A stretch of 55,849 nucleotides of DNA, counting the filler, from Platydemus manokwari (taxonomy: Eukaryota): the NCBI GenBank assembly GCA_037951405.1. It is 4 parts of 4 records of this genome, joined end to end, with 100 filler letters (N's around TTAATTAATTAA, not from the genome) between each part and the next. Parts side by side here need not be neighbours in the genome. Positions count along the whole stretch, not along the records: positions 19,057 to 33,793 come from JBBMOY011403646.1; positions 33,894 to 46,362 come from JBBMOY010122233.1; 2 more parts are not named here. One strand, 5' to 3'. The translations under genes and the position numbers were made by a program. Below, piece by piece: positions 25,501 to 37,728 of the stretch (the stretch's first letter is position 1; every line of letters begins with the position of its first letter). A model generated the notes under the pieces. The model was not told where the DNA came from and ran no database searches. It was given only the letters and a program-made list of their open reading frames with translations.

Positions 25501-28500
25501 TTCTTCAAAAATCGAGATTGTTTGACAAATATTAATTCCAGTTTCCGAGTTATAAGGGTACATAGATAAAGATAGATTATTTGAATAATGTGTTTTTATA
25601 ATGTATGGCTTAGATTTTCATTCAATCCAATAAAATGACTGGTTAAGTGTTGATGAGAGATGATAAAAATGGGAAAAAAGTTTGTAATATTTTGATAATT
25701 ATTAAGGAGAGAATCATATCGACCCACAAATGAATTAATTGTCAATATGAGGATTTTGAAACTAATAAATATTGAAATGATAATTTTAAATAGAAAATAA
25801 ATTCATAATAAAAAATATAAATGATTAAAAGAATTTGTTTGAATATTTTGATCAAATATACTTTTTTGGTTGAATTTCTTATATTCGTTTTAAAAGGGTA
25901 TTTAATAAAATACTGGTAGCTGACATCCCAGTTACAAATTTGGATTTGATTTTAGTAAAATCAATACCATGAAATTATAGAAGAAACAGGAAAGGAAAAA
26001 TATAGTAAATAGATACAGTTTTATAAGTAGACAAATAAGTAGACTTTTCCATACAGAAAATATTTTATCCAATTAGAGAACAGATCAATTGATAACAAGA
26101 AATGTGAAGAAAATGAATGATTTTTATAAAGAGTGTGTGAAGATTTCAAAATCAATCAATTTTTAAAAGATCATTTTAAATAGAAAACATGTATATATAT
26201 AATAAATACAAATGATTAATAGAATTTGTTTGACTAATTTGATTAAATATTCTTTTTTGAGTTGAATTTCTTATATTCATTTAAAATGGGTATTTAATGA
26301 AATAGTAGCAGCTAACGGATTTGGATCTGATTCTTGGAAAATCAATGCTATGAAATTATAGAAGATAGAAAAAAGATATAAAATATAGAGATTATACAGA
26401 GACAAATATGTGGATATTTCGATACATAAAATATTTTATCCAATTAGAGAATATAGATAATAAATAGATAATTCCATAACAAGAAATGTGAAGAAAATCA
26501 ATTATTTTTATAAAAAGGGTGTGTGCAGATTTCAAAATTGATAAATATTTAAAAGATCATTTTAAATAGAATATATATTTATGATTAAAAAAAAATAGGA
26601 ATGATCAATTGAATTTGTTGAATATTTTGATTAAATATACTTTTGTGGGTTGAAGTTCTTAAATTTGTTATCAATTAGTTTTGACAATCAATAATGGTAA
26701 TCAACTCTATCAACCATGTTTCCAACTCACATTGAAACATTTTTCATTCATTTCTCTCCTGCTTTCCGATTCGAGTCGCTCTTTCTCCAGTTGCTCTCGT
26801 CGTTTATTTTCTTCTCTTTCTTTTTGGCGTTGCAACAGTTCCCTGTCCACCCGTGGAACACTGAATCACAGATTCATCATTAATGATGAGAGCAAACCAA
26901 TTGTTATTCGCATACTCTAAGTTCGATTTGTTCCTTTCCATGGATTTGGTTCGATAATTGGTATCTGATCTCACGGAACTATTAGAGGAGTCTAACTGAG
27001 AACTGGACCAGATCTCGTTACGATTACGTTTCGTTGCTGGAGCGGAGATCGGTCGAGATTTGGTCTTGGCATCGTTATAATTAATTACATCATCGTTGGC
27101 ATTAAATTTGTTGTCTGACGAATCGATCATGTCATTCTGACCTAGCAACTGGAATTCACCTCCTCGACTCACTAGGATATTTTGATCGCTTCCATCTTCT
27201 GATTCGATTGATTTTTCTTTCACTTTCTGTTTTTCTGTTTCCTCGACATCTATATTTCTAATTCGACTCCGTTGTGGTGGAGGGATTGCAGGTGACGGTT
27301 CAAAGTCAATTGGCTGAACGTAGAGGAGGAATTAAAAATTATTCCATAAAAGATCAATTAAGCTGATAATAAACCTTGAAACCATACCTTGACAATGGGT
27401 TCGGGAGTAAATATTCTGTCAATGCAAACAGCGGGAGATGGAGTGTCTATTTCATTTGTGATTTCCACTGGACTAAGTCCAGAATCAACACCGATATCAG
27501 GTGGTTCTTCTGATTCGGTATCTGATAATTCATATTCTTCTGCCGGAGCAACGAGACTGACTAACTCTTCTTTGAATGCTACTTTGCTGTTTCGATGTTC
27601 AGGTTCCGGTGGTGACGGTTCATTTGCTAGTTGTGCATTCAACGTTTCTAGCTTCTCTCTGACATCATAATCGAGTATTTGATCGTAATTGATAGCATAA
27701 TCTATATATATAAAATACAAAACTAATATTATAGAATTTTCAGAGATAAAAGAAAAATTATATTAATATGATTCTGTAAATAATTTTAAACCGCATCCGT
27801 GCGTGATGTGAAAACAATTTCATTGGTGAGAAAATTTTAAAATGAATACTTTTGTGATATGTTTACAGTAATATAACTATGTTTTTCTTGATATATTGAT
27901 TTAGGATAGAAAAATGGTTGCCTTGGTTACTGCAAATAATAGTTTTCAAATTGCCGTCGGCTTATTTCAAGTATAATTTTTGACAAGAATATCACATCAT
28001 ATTAGTATCGAAGAGTTGAAAGAGTTTATTCTAATAATAATAGCACACATAAAAATCAATAATATATTCAAACCTGGCTCCGTGTCAAATATTATTAAAT
28101 CAATGACGATTTTTTGTCAGAGAATGTCTATAAAATATGTTGGTCACTGTGTTTGAGAAATAATTCCAAAATGTCATTAAGGCTGTCTATATTAATTCCA
28201 GTAAATATCTTCTAGTCAAATATCTTTTAAATGAATATATTATCATACAGGATTGGAACGAAAGTCTTGCCAGATAGAAAATAATATTTATTTAACCAAT
28301 AAAGACAATATGTTAATTGGAAATATAAACAAAACAATAATCGAAAAACGAGAATCCGGTCGTGTGGAAACAGTTTTGAAAAATTACATTTCCTTCGCGA
28401 TAACGCTCGACCGTATACGGCAAGTTTAACTCAAAATAAGTTTTATGAGATCAGTTTTACGGTAATACCACATTCACCATACTCCCCAGACCTTGCCCCT

Positions 28501-29451
28501 TCAGAATATTACCTGTTTTTCTCCTATGAAAAATTCACTTCGTGAGAAAACGTATCATGCGGAATTCTATAGAAGCGGCATAAAAGAACTTCCAGAACGC
28601 TTGCAAAAGTGTGTGGACCTTAAAGTTGACTTTTTTTAACTTTTCAGATTTACAGACGAATGATGTTTTGTTTATATTTCTCAATTTACATATTTTCTTC
28701 ATTGGTTAAATAAATATTATTTTCTATCGGACAACACTTTCGTTCCAAACCTATATTACTTACAAATTATAAGCAGAAAAATCACTTAGATACCATTCTA
28801 ATGCCAATCATAACTAATCGATGGTATGACCAGTGCGATACGATAATTAATGATTGCGCTAAGTTTTCGTCAATAATTATTCATCAAAATTATAACTCAT
28901 TTACGGTTTCAATATTTTTGTTACACTGGGGTCCAAAAGAGTATATTTTAAATAATATAATTGATTCGAAATGATCGAATAATTTTTTAGCATATTTTCT
29001 CTAAAAATCGAAAGTTTATTCGTAAGTCTATCCCATACGGAATAAAAATCAAAACAACACAAATGATCAAATATAAACCCTATTATTATTATTATTATTA
29101 TTTTATTTATTGAATGTTTACCATAATCATCCTCATAATCGGCCCGTTGTCTTCTCAATTCCAATTCAATGATAGCCAATTGTTGGTCTGGAGTTAAATC
29201 GAAAAGATTCGCGTTGTCATCTGGATAAACATTTCGATTCATATGGTTTCGTTCATCCACAAAGAATTGATTGAAACGATCATTATTGGACGATTCCAAA
29301 AAATTGTCATCGATGGCATGGTTTCTTGCTAAAATGAGAAAGATTGTGCTTAGGATGATCAGACGTGGAGCAGTGACCGAACAAAACCAATTAGAAATGT
29401 AAAACTCAAATAAAATGTCCCACAAGATCCACTTTGAAGAATGTAATCCAT
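22515..29451 (-). CDS. CCDC181: Coiled-coil domain-containing protein 181 (ciliary/flagellar)
   Basis: Phase-consistent exons 29122-29328, 27388-27701, 26916-27313, 26731-26860, 23733-23840, 23524-23672, 22515-22683, with a putative first exon 29388-29451. Motifs recalled from CCDC181: ILVSRGGEFQLL (cf. ILVERDGKFELL), RPISAP, FNAWLQSK, AFKEWVKKK, and C-terminal FRYLDFYGYP-stop. The start exon is uncertain. Confidence 0.8.
25180..25720 (+). mobile_element. Decayed gypsy-like protease/RT-start fragment in a CCDC181 intron
   Basis: Broken motifs in the expected order: LPV..MLIG, IFAS..DF...VKHN, WLS..KNGK. Many stops. Confidence 0.3.
25784..26668 (+). repeat. Imperfect tandem repeat, ~390 bp period, ~2.3 copies
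   Basis: ttttaaatagaa...gaatttgtttga...ttgattaaata..cttttt.ggttgaa.ttctta recurs at ~25784, ~26174 and ~26559. Internal blocks such as aatattttatccaattagagaa and ataacaagaaatgtgaagaaaat are shared by copies 1 and 2. Confidence 0.9.
27917..27930. promoter_or_regulatory. RFX X-box-like motif in a CCDC181 intron
   Basis: GTTGCCTTGGTTAC (reverse complement GTAACCAAGGCAAC) fits GTNRCC-N2-RGYAAC. Confidence 0.45.
28248..28753 (+). mobile_element. Non-autonomous mariner (DD34D) deletion derivative with long TIRs
   Basis: TA-flanked. Roughly 95 bp imperfect TIRs (AGG.TTGGAACGAAAGT.TTG..GATAGAAAATAATATTTATTTAACCAAT...). Internal FLRDNARPYTA...PHSPYSPDLAPSEYYLF and FYRSGIKELPERLQKCVD. Confidence 0.93.
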
Positions 29452-29574
29452 GGGAAATACTTTGAAATTGTTTTACGTATTTTTCGCTTTTACGCTACTA
29501 ATAGAATCTTGAAATACGCAGAATATAAATAATAGCGTGCTGACACACCTGATTTCATTTTGATACAGTTTATA

Positions 29575-29588
29575 GTTGCCATGTATAC
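29575..29588. promoter_or_regulatory. RFX X-box-like motif ~125 bp upstream of the putative CCDC181 start
   Basis: GTTGCCATGTATAC (reverse complement GTATACATGGCAAC): one perfect half-site, AT spacer, and one mismatch to GTHNYY-AT-RRNAAC. Confidence 0.45.
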
Positions 29589-31415
29589 TATCGTGGGATA
29601 ATATATTTTTGAGGAACTGATATCGATTAATAGAAAAAGCAACCCGACAGAACAATGCGAAATTGGTGAATGCATTTATCATTTAATATTATTATCATAG
29701 TTTTTGCAAAACAAGTCTCCTAAGAGAGAGTATAATTCTCTCAAAATCCAAATATTATAATGATGATAGTTAATTGATAAAAATAAACAAAAATTCAGAA
29801 ATAAGATCTAAATTTTTTAATTAAAAGAATAATTTTATACTTTTTATTATGTTTACCTCCTCTCCCATTAAATAAACATGTATTTGTGTCTAAAACTCTA
29901 ACTCTCTAATGCTTTTAATATGTAAAGAAAAAAGAAGTTGAAAAATAAAATGTAAGTTTGAATCCATGAGTGAGCTAATTATCAAATGATATATATGAAC
30001 TTGTCTGATAAATATAAATAGAAAGATTGAAAAATGTCAATCTGTGTTGCACCTGTTGTAATCGCATTTATCAACGATTCGATTATTGAACTCTGATAAC
30101 ACTTGCTATCAATGTCCTTTAGATTTAATCGATAAATGAGTCAATTTCTTTTCAATTTAAATAAATTTGGCCTTATAAATTTCCAAAAACTCTATCACAT
30201 GAATTCTATTCTCTCTTTGAAGGTTTTATTCTATGATTTGATAGCTATAATTTAACATTGCAGTCAAAACTCTTTAAATATTATTATATTGATACCAGTT
30301 TTTATTCTTTATACTTTCGAGAATTTTCATTCGAGAATTTTTTTCGTCTACCAAAATAAAACTGAGTAATATTTACTCTTCACAATAATTAAATGTCATC
30401 ACAATAATCGATAAAGTTCAAATGAAACTGTTACATTCTTTCTTTATTTGGATATTTGGAATTGAAATGAGTTGTCGCAATATTTTATGTTAGTGCATCG
30501 ATAATTTTTTGATAAATTTCATAAAGTAGGTAAAGCAATCGATTTATCGGCAACCAGTTAACTGAGAGACTTGTTTTATAGGCTTACTAATAATCAGTAT
30601 TGAAAAATAATTCTTGATCAATTTCAGATATCGCTCATCTGTAGATTTACGACAACGGTCGAGCCATTTATTGTCAACATCAATCCCCCTTAAAAAAGCG
30701 CACATGCTAAAAAGAGCTTTCACTATTCATAATAAGTGATCCCTTGTATATAATGTATGAGAAAAAATTCCTAATATTTAAATAAATAATTTGAGAGATT
30801 ATTTTTGCAATATCAATGCGTAGTCAAACAATAACAAGCATATCCTCTTTTATTCTATAAAGTGCGCTATTTAACAAAAACAAGGATAATGATTGACTTA
30901 TTTTAAAAAAATAAATAAAGTATTTGATTTATTTTCAAATTTATCCCCAAAAAATGAAAAATAATTATAATTACAAGGGAATATTTTATGAGTTTCATTC
31001 CAAAGCAGGCTTCTCCATTTGATCAGGAAAAATTCTAGTATTAAGAATGTTGTAAAAATTCCACAAACTTCTTAAAACTTTTTAGAACTTCCATTGTTTT
31101 AATTTTACAATAAGTCAATCAATTTATGTCATAGAATCTAATAAGAATTCAATTACTTCACTTTTATTGATCTATTTTATTCATTATTTATTAGAAGCAG
31201 AAACAGACTTAATAATTAAAGGTAACAATAAAATTATCTTGAAGTGATTTTCTTTTCTTCTCTTTAATTGATTTAATAAAAAATTCAAAATGTGTTAACC
31301 AGGCGATTAAATTTCTTGTAATAACCAATAATAAAGAGTGGCGCTGATAAAATATTAATAAAATCGATAGAAATTTATTTTAAAAGAAGCCGATTGAATC
31401 AGAATTGTTTAACGA

Positions 31416-32010
31416 TATTCGATCAATCGAATAATCTCTCACCTGAACAAGTCTATGGGGGGGGGGGAGAATATTCAATTGATTCAAATTGGGATAGAGA
31501 TTTTTCAGTTGCACATATACAATAAATCTATTTTGTTTTAAACATCTATTTATATTAAATTGTGGATAATAGAGTTGCGGATACACTTTTACCCATTACT
31601 CAAGTAATTGTACGATCTGGGTCTGTCATCTATAAGGACGAATGGAGATCATACAAGAATTTGCAAGAGCAGTTAATCATTCTGTCAACTTCGTTAATCC
31701 AATAAACGGAGTTCATACACAACATGTTCAGTCTTACTGGACTAAGCACAAGACTCAAATAAAGAATATGCGTTGGTGTGGAAGAGAATTTTTACATCGA
31801 TTCATATCAGAATTTATGTGGAGATACCGATGTTGTATATGAATTTGCAAATCTATACCAACACATTCCTTTGCAATATCCTCAGTAAATAAATTTGATT
31901 AATATTTGACTTATTTTTATTTAAATTAGTATTAGGTTTATTTTTTATTAATTTTGGCGTGGAGATTCTTCAATTGATTAATGTTGTGGAGGGGATTCTT
32001 CAATTGATTC
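31416..32010 (+). mobile_element. Merlin (IS1016/IS1595-ISXO2-like) transposon remnant
   Basis: VDNRVADTLLPITQVIVRSGSVIYKDEWRSYKNL, frameshift, then AVNHSVNFVNPINGVHTQHVQSYW...G...LHRFISEFMWR: the ISXO2-type DDE C-terminal half. Subterminal motif ggagattcttcaattgatt is repeated at ~31466, 31961 and 31991 and inverted at ~31416-31440. Boundaries approximate. Confidence 0.85.
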
Positions 32011-33793
32011 ATAATATTTAAAGTAATTTATTTAAAAATATTATTATTATTGTCAATATCAGACAATCCTTTCAATTTAATATTGGCCAATTTGTGGATC
32101 ATTCGAAACCAAGTCCTTTTTAATCAAGTTCATTCTAATGTAAATGGTTATTAAATTTTGGGTCTAAATCCGTCGCAATGATTATTGAAATAATTTAATA
32201 ATAAATAATAATAATTTTTAATGACAATAATAATAATGATGATTTTTAATAGCAAAAATACTAACACCCTAAGCTAAATTCCACAGAATCAGACTCATCA
32301 AAAACGTTATCTGAATAATCTAAACTTAAATTGCTGGTTTTCGGAGCAGGGTTTTGAATAATGGTTTCATTGGTTGCATGGTGTGGCGAACTAGAACGAG
32401 CAGGAAGATGATTAATCTACAATTGTTGGATTTAAACAATTAATAATATTAGTAAAACAAAAATATAAATTATTATCAATAGATTCTTCAACATTGTCAT
32501 TACAGATTCGAATCTAGTGGATATTTGTTTTGAATATTTAATACGATATTATTTTTAGTAACTGCAACAATGATAGATTCGTACATACACATTTATCAAA
32601 AGAATTGTGTGGAAAGAAACGAAAAACAATTTTAAAAGATGTACTCTTCTTTTTTCAACAAGTTTTTCCTAATTTTTGTAAGAATGATGATGTAAAGATG
32701 ATCAAATAATTAATAACTAACATGGCAAATCAACCGATAGATCTATTCTGTAATCCTTTCTATTCATCAGTATTAACTAGGAACTTAAATCTACCACTTC
32801 ATAATTTGTTCATCGGTGGATTCATATTTCACTCTAACTCACTATCATTTACCACATGACTCTGAGTAGTTGTTGTGATTGAATTTTCGTTTCATATCAG
32901 CACATCCCTCACAATGTTTATTAACAGTTCTAGATTATTCGATAAATATTTAAGGAAAAAAACAATTTTCAATTTTTTATAGAAGATTATAAGGATGAAT
33001 TGATCTATTTTTAGCTAGACTGCACAAACATATGTGAAAAATGAAATTCATGCTATTCATCGACAAGTTTATGTACAATAAAAAACGCCTGCTGCTTATT
33101 AAATAACCTTTTCAAATAATTATTAAATCAATACAACTTTTACAGAGAAATTGAACAAAAATTGTGAAAATTTTTAGTTTGTTTTGTTTTAATGAACCCG
33201 GAGTGAAGAAAGAAACTGCATTCGACTTGTTAATTAATCTACATCGAACATTAATTTGCATTATTAATTAAATCTGTGAATGAAAAAGTCAATCAATGGG
33301 TTTTAGAAAATTTCATTACGTATTCGATGCTTTGTGAAAAAAAAATTTAAAGACTTTGGAATTATTATTATTTTGGAATCAGATTATTATCCGATTAAAG
33401 GAAATAATAATTACAATTGGTGATTGAGATTTTAAAATCGTCATAATTAAGTTTAATCATATATGTATTGATTTTTACTATCAATACAGTTTCACGTGGG
33501 AAAAATAAGTTTGTTTTATTTTGCTAGGTATAAAACCATGGTAAAGAATATGATACATTTTTGAAAAGCATTATATAATGTTATACAAAACAAAATTATC
33601 GATATCGTTGAACACAGCAGTAGATGTGATGGATATATTGATATATTAATAAAATGGCAACAAGGGCTCATGATTGAATGATAAGTGATATTGAAGTTGA
33701 GTGTTAAAAAATGTGAGTATAAATCTAACAAGAGAGATAATTATGGAATAATATATTGGAGAATCTGTTCAACATTGATGAGTAGAAATGATT

Positions 33794-33893
33794 NNNNNNN
33801 NNNNNNNNNNNNNNNNNNNNNNNNNNNNNNNNNNNNNTTAATTAATTAANNNNNNNNNNNNNNNNNNNNNNNNNNNNNNNNNNNNNNNNNNNN
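33794..33893. other. Scaffold gap with artificial TTAATTAATTAA spacer
   Basis: 44 N + 12-mer (33838-33849) + 44 N. Confidence 0.98.
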
Positions 33894-33989
33894 AAATTTT
33901 AATTCATTATACATCCTCACATCCATCTTTCTTTAAAATTTTCTCTGAATTCTTAATTATCTCTGTATTAAAATCTCCAGTCATTTATC

Positions 33990-35510
33990 GATATAAATAT
34001 TTTATTTCTTCTCTATTTGTTTGGAGGCAATGATAGATCATATTGAGTAACTGTCTTTAACAGGCCACTGATGAAGAAAATAAATGAAATTAATATAGTT
34101 TTTTTGTCTTCTATTATAAAATCGAGTATTTTATCGTTAAGAGGATCCCAGGAGCCTAGTACATTAATATTTAGGAACTCGAGATCTGTTTCATTACGAG
34201 TTTTTTTATAAATTTTGGAAGCAAGCAATAGATATTTTCCCAGGTTAAGAAATCTATGCTTGTTTTTCGTCTTATCGTAGGGACTTTTCAAGTCTACAAT
34301 GAAGGTTTGCCGTTTGGACTAATCTCTAATGATCAAGTCAGATGAAAAATTAAAGGAAATTTCAGTCAAGTCGATAACAATCTGTTTAGATATTCTATTA
34401 AAAAGTTAAGAATCATACTGTGTCGATAGGCAACTTTTCAAGAAGTCCCATAGCAATAATCGAAGACATGGGCAGTGGCTTCAGTTTCGATGTTACAGGC
34501 ACTACAAAGAATTAATTTACCAATTATGACGAGATATAGAGAATAATTAAGCAAGAGAACGTTATTGGGTAAATTTACAGACTTTCGGGGAAAGATTACA
34601 TTCCTTCAAAAGTTGTTGAGAACAAGTGAATAAAGCAAAGCAGTGAAAAATCTGTCTAGAAAGCTAAAAGAAGTACATTTGAGTAATGATGCCGTGGTTT
34701 CAAATAGAAAAGAAATAAGTTTTGTCGAGTGAGAAGTTGAAATTAGGATTAATAATGATAGAAGTCAACATCGATGCCATATTTACATAGTTTTCTTGCT
34801 GAAAATCTGATTTTATCCACTAAATTGATGAAGAATATTTTAAAAGTTTTTTTATTGCTGAGCCACAGTAGCGATTGGAAAAGATAGGATGGTGAAATAT
34901 TCGGTTTTCAGAAAAAAAAATTGGGTGGAATTGGAGATCTAGACTGGTATGAATTTAAAAGCACTCTGATTGTTCTAGATACTATATTCAAGTAAAGTGG
35001 GTGTAAATCCAAGTTCACTAAGCTTATTAAGGAAGTAGAGAAAGGAATATTGGTTGATTAATTCGGAATATTTCCCTGCGTATTGCCTGATTTTTTGGTT
35101 AAAGGCCTATGTTTTTAATTATTATTATGGAATATCAAAGTGTGTGAAAGACTGGTTCTAAGGACATGCACTGCTTCAGAAAGAGATGGCCAAGTTTGGT
35201 TATCCGAAATAATAGGTAGACGGGTCAATGAAGAACAATTCAGATTTTTCATGATGTACAAAATATAGTTTCCAGTAGATATTACTTAACCAGAAAGCCA
35301 TTAATGAATGTGGTGAAATAGAAATGAGAGGTGAAAGATTTCAAAGTGCTGTCTAAAGATAATCAAAGCAGGTTATTTTCATCAAAACATGTTTTAAATT
35401 AGAAAGTTTCAAGAAACAAGTAAGCTTCAATCTCTGGATAACTTAGTCACAGAGATTGGATATCTACGGTAATCAGAAGAGATCATTGACGGTTTATTGC
35501 ACTTATTTAT
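33990..35510 (-). mobile_element. RLE-clade (NeSL/Utopia/R5-like) non-LTR retrotransposon, decayed 3' half
   Basis: In order on the minus strand: weak RT remnants; CCHC knuckle CSACNIETEATAHVFDYC...RHSMI; SDLIIRD*..TFIVDLKSPY (PD..D); KY.LL; LGSWDPLND. Stops and frameshifts are present. Confidence 0.8.
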
Positions 35511-37608
35511 TGAACAGATTATGTTATGGTTTACATACAGCATTTATTGTTGTTTGTACGTATGAACATGTTCTGGAATTAATTACTTTCTGATTTACAC
35601 ATCCACTTCCTAGCATATAGATCATATTGTTTCTTAGTCATTCCAGTGAGATTAATAATTATTATTATCAGTCTCTCAAGCATGATGTATATAAAATGTT
35701 TATGCTATTGACAAAATTCAAATTAATATCATATAATACTTCGACATTACACAATATCATATTTTTTAATTTTAAATTAGACTTCAAAGCGACTGTTATT
35801 TCAGGTTGCTAATAAATTTTTAATTCGATAAATGCGGGTTTTATTGTGAAGATATCATGCTACCTAAAGATAATTTTCTTTTATTTTATAACATTTGTAA
35901 AAAATAAAGCCAAATTAAAATGTTCTTTCAATACATAAGCATCCGATTGGAACATTGCATGTTGGAAAACTAAAATAAATAATAACATAATAATTTTTTA
36001 GTTCATGATCATTAAATCACGGATGTGTTTACATGATTTTAAATTTATAACAAATTAATTATTTTATTATGGCTTTTGTTAATAAAAAGCGTTAATCGGG
36101 TTTTGATTTTATTCAAGAAATAATAATTCGAAACAAATACGAATTAAATAATAAAAAATTAAAATATTCAAATCTGGAATTCGAAAGTAGAAATTGAAGA
36201 ATAATTATTGGATTAATTAAAGTCAGATAACGTTTAAACCCATTTTTGTTTCACATTAAGTATAAATGCCTTTCGTGAAGAATATACTTATACTATGCAA
36301 TTTGTTATTTGTGTTCAAAATATAAATTATTTATCTTTAATGTCGCATCAAATTGAACAGTCCAAAATTACACTTCTAAATGTCACTACCAGTATTTGTT
36401 TCAAATATCAAATTAAGCGCTGTAATCTTTCATCAGAATTCTTTTTCGTATGATAAATGTTAAATCTTAATTTTAAATTCATTTTGATAAAAAGCTTTAA
36501 AGATTTATTACAGTTTCATAACTGTCATTACAGTTTTAAAATCGAAATTTCAAAATTTTGTTGACAGATAAGTTACAGAAAACCAATAAAATCTCATGGC
36601 TAAATTTATAAATAACAAATCAGGTCAAATAGCTCAATGAATAATTCTAGCAGATGTAATTTCAAATATAAATTTAAATTTATACTTTAACCTTTAATTT
36701 TATTTTAAATAATAACAAAGATGAAATACAGATAGATTCCAACCTTAATGATGATAATTAAATAAATTATTTAAACAAGTTGTTCAAAAGGTTTTTATTA
36801 AACCAATATAAGTAAGCAAAAATAAATTAACTTAATTTTGACCATCAGTGAATAGGCGGCCGAATACATGTTTACATAATCCATCAATAGCTTCAAAATA
36901 AAGTAACTTCAACTTGAAATCTGAATTTATATTTCCAGCATATTTTATCCCATATGCAAACAAATTATTCTCTTAGATTTCATTTCATTAGCGCTGTACA
37001 TCTTTAAATCGTTAAAAATTGAAATAATTGTTTTTTTTAATTAAGATTTCCTTACCGAAAACCAATACAAATCAATACAGTTTCATAATTGCAATTCTAA
37101 ATGAGAAATGAATTACAACTAATTCATCATTAATGAAATAGGGGAAATTAATATTTATAACAAATTATTATTTCTCGAATTTCATTATTTTCTGCTCTGC
37201 TGTATTGGGTGGATAATAAATTGGATTTGCAAATAATTTATAAAAAAAATTGTAAATTATATTTTATTTTAAGAAGCTTTCATACATTTGAAATTTGAAA
37301 ATAATTTCCACATATTTGAATTTTATCAATTTCTAAAATAAATTTTATGAAATTTTCAATTTAAAAAATAGGTGCAGTTGAACTCCATATATATCATCAG
37401 GTTGATGAATGATAGTAATATTCACTAAGTTTATGATAATTAAGATATAATTTTTTTTTAAACTGACAAAAATGAGATGTTTTAAAATTATATTTAACAA
37501 GTGATTTGTTATATCATTCATGGAAATTAATCGTAGAATACTGTCAGACTATCTCTGTAGAGGATTTAAATTGTAGAAAATTTAAACAGAGATTCTGATT
37601 AAGACTTT

Positions 37609-37728
37609 AATTGGCTCAAGCAACTTTGTTCTGTGCTCCAAAAAAACAAATACATTTCACTCTCTTCAATTGGCTCAAGCGACGTTACTCTGTGCCCCAA
37701 AAAACAAATACATTTCACTCTCTTCAAT
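37609..37728 (+). repeat. Tandem duplication, ~59 bp x2
   Basis: aattggctcaagc.ac.tt..tctgtgc.ccaaaaaacaaatacatttcactctcttc occurs twice in tandem. Confidence 0.95.

Noticed and set aside
28901-29425. ORF resembling a secreted sulfakinin/CCK-like precursor (hydrophobic stretch, RRQR, DYEDDYG)
   Set aside because: The hydrophobic part is intron sequence and no amidated RF-G follows. The phase-1 donor at 29121 joins cleanly to the CCDC181 exon at 27701.
36850-37096. c-FLIP-like pseudo-caspase motifs (NYETVLICIGFR; KLKLLYFEAIDG) downstream of the caspase exons
   Set aside because: No splice phase joins the two segments without stops, the spacing is wrong, and they lie 10 kb away across a spacer gap. 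Similar look-alikes occur by chance elsewhere in the window.
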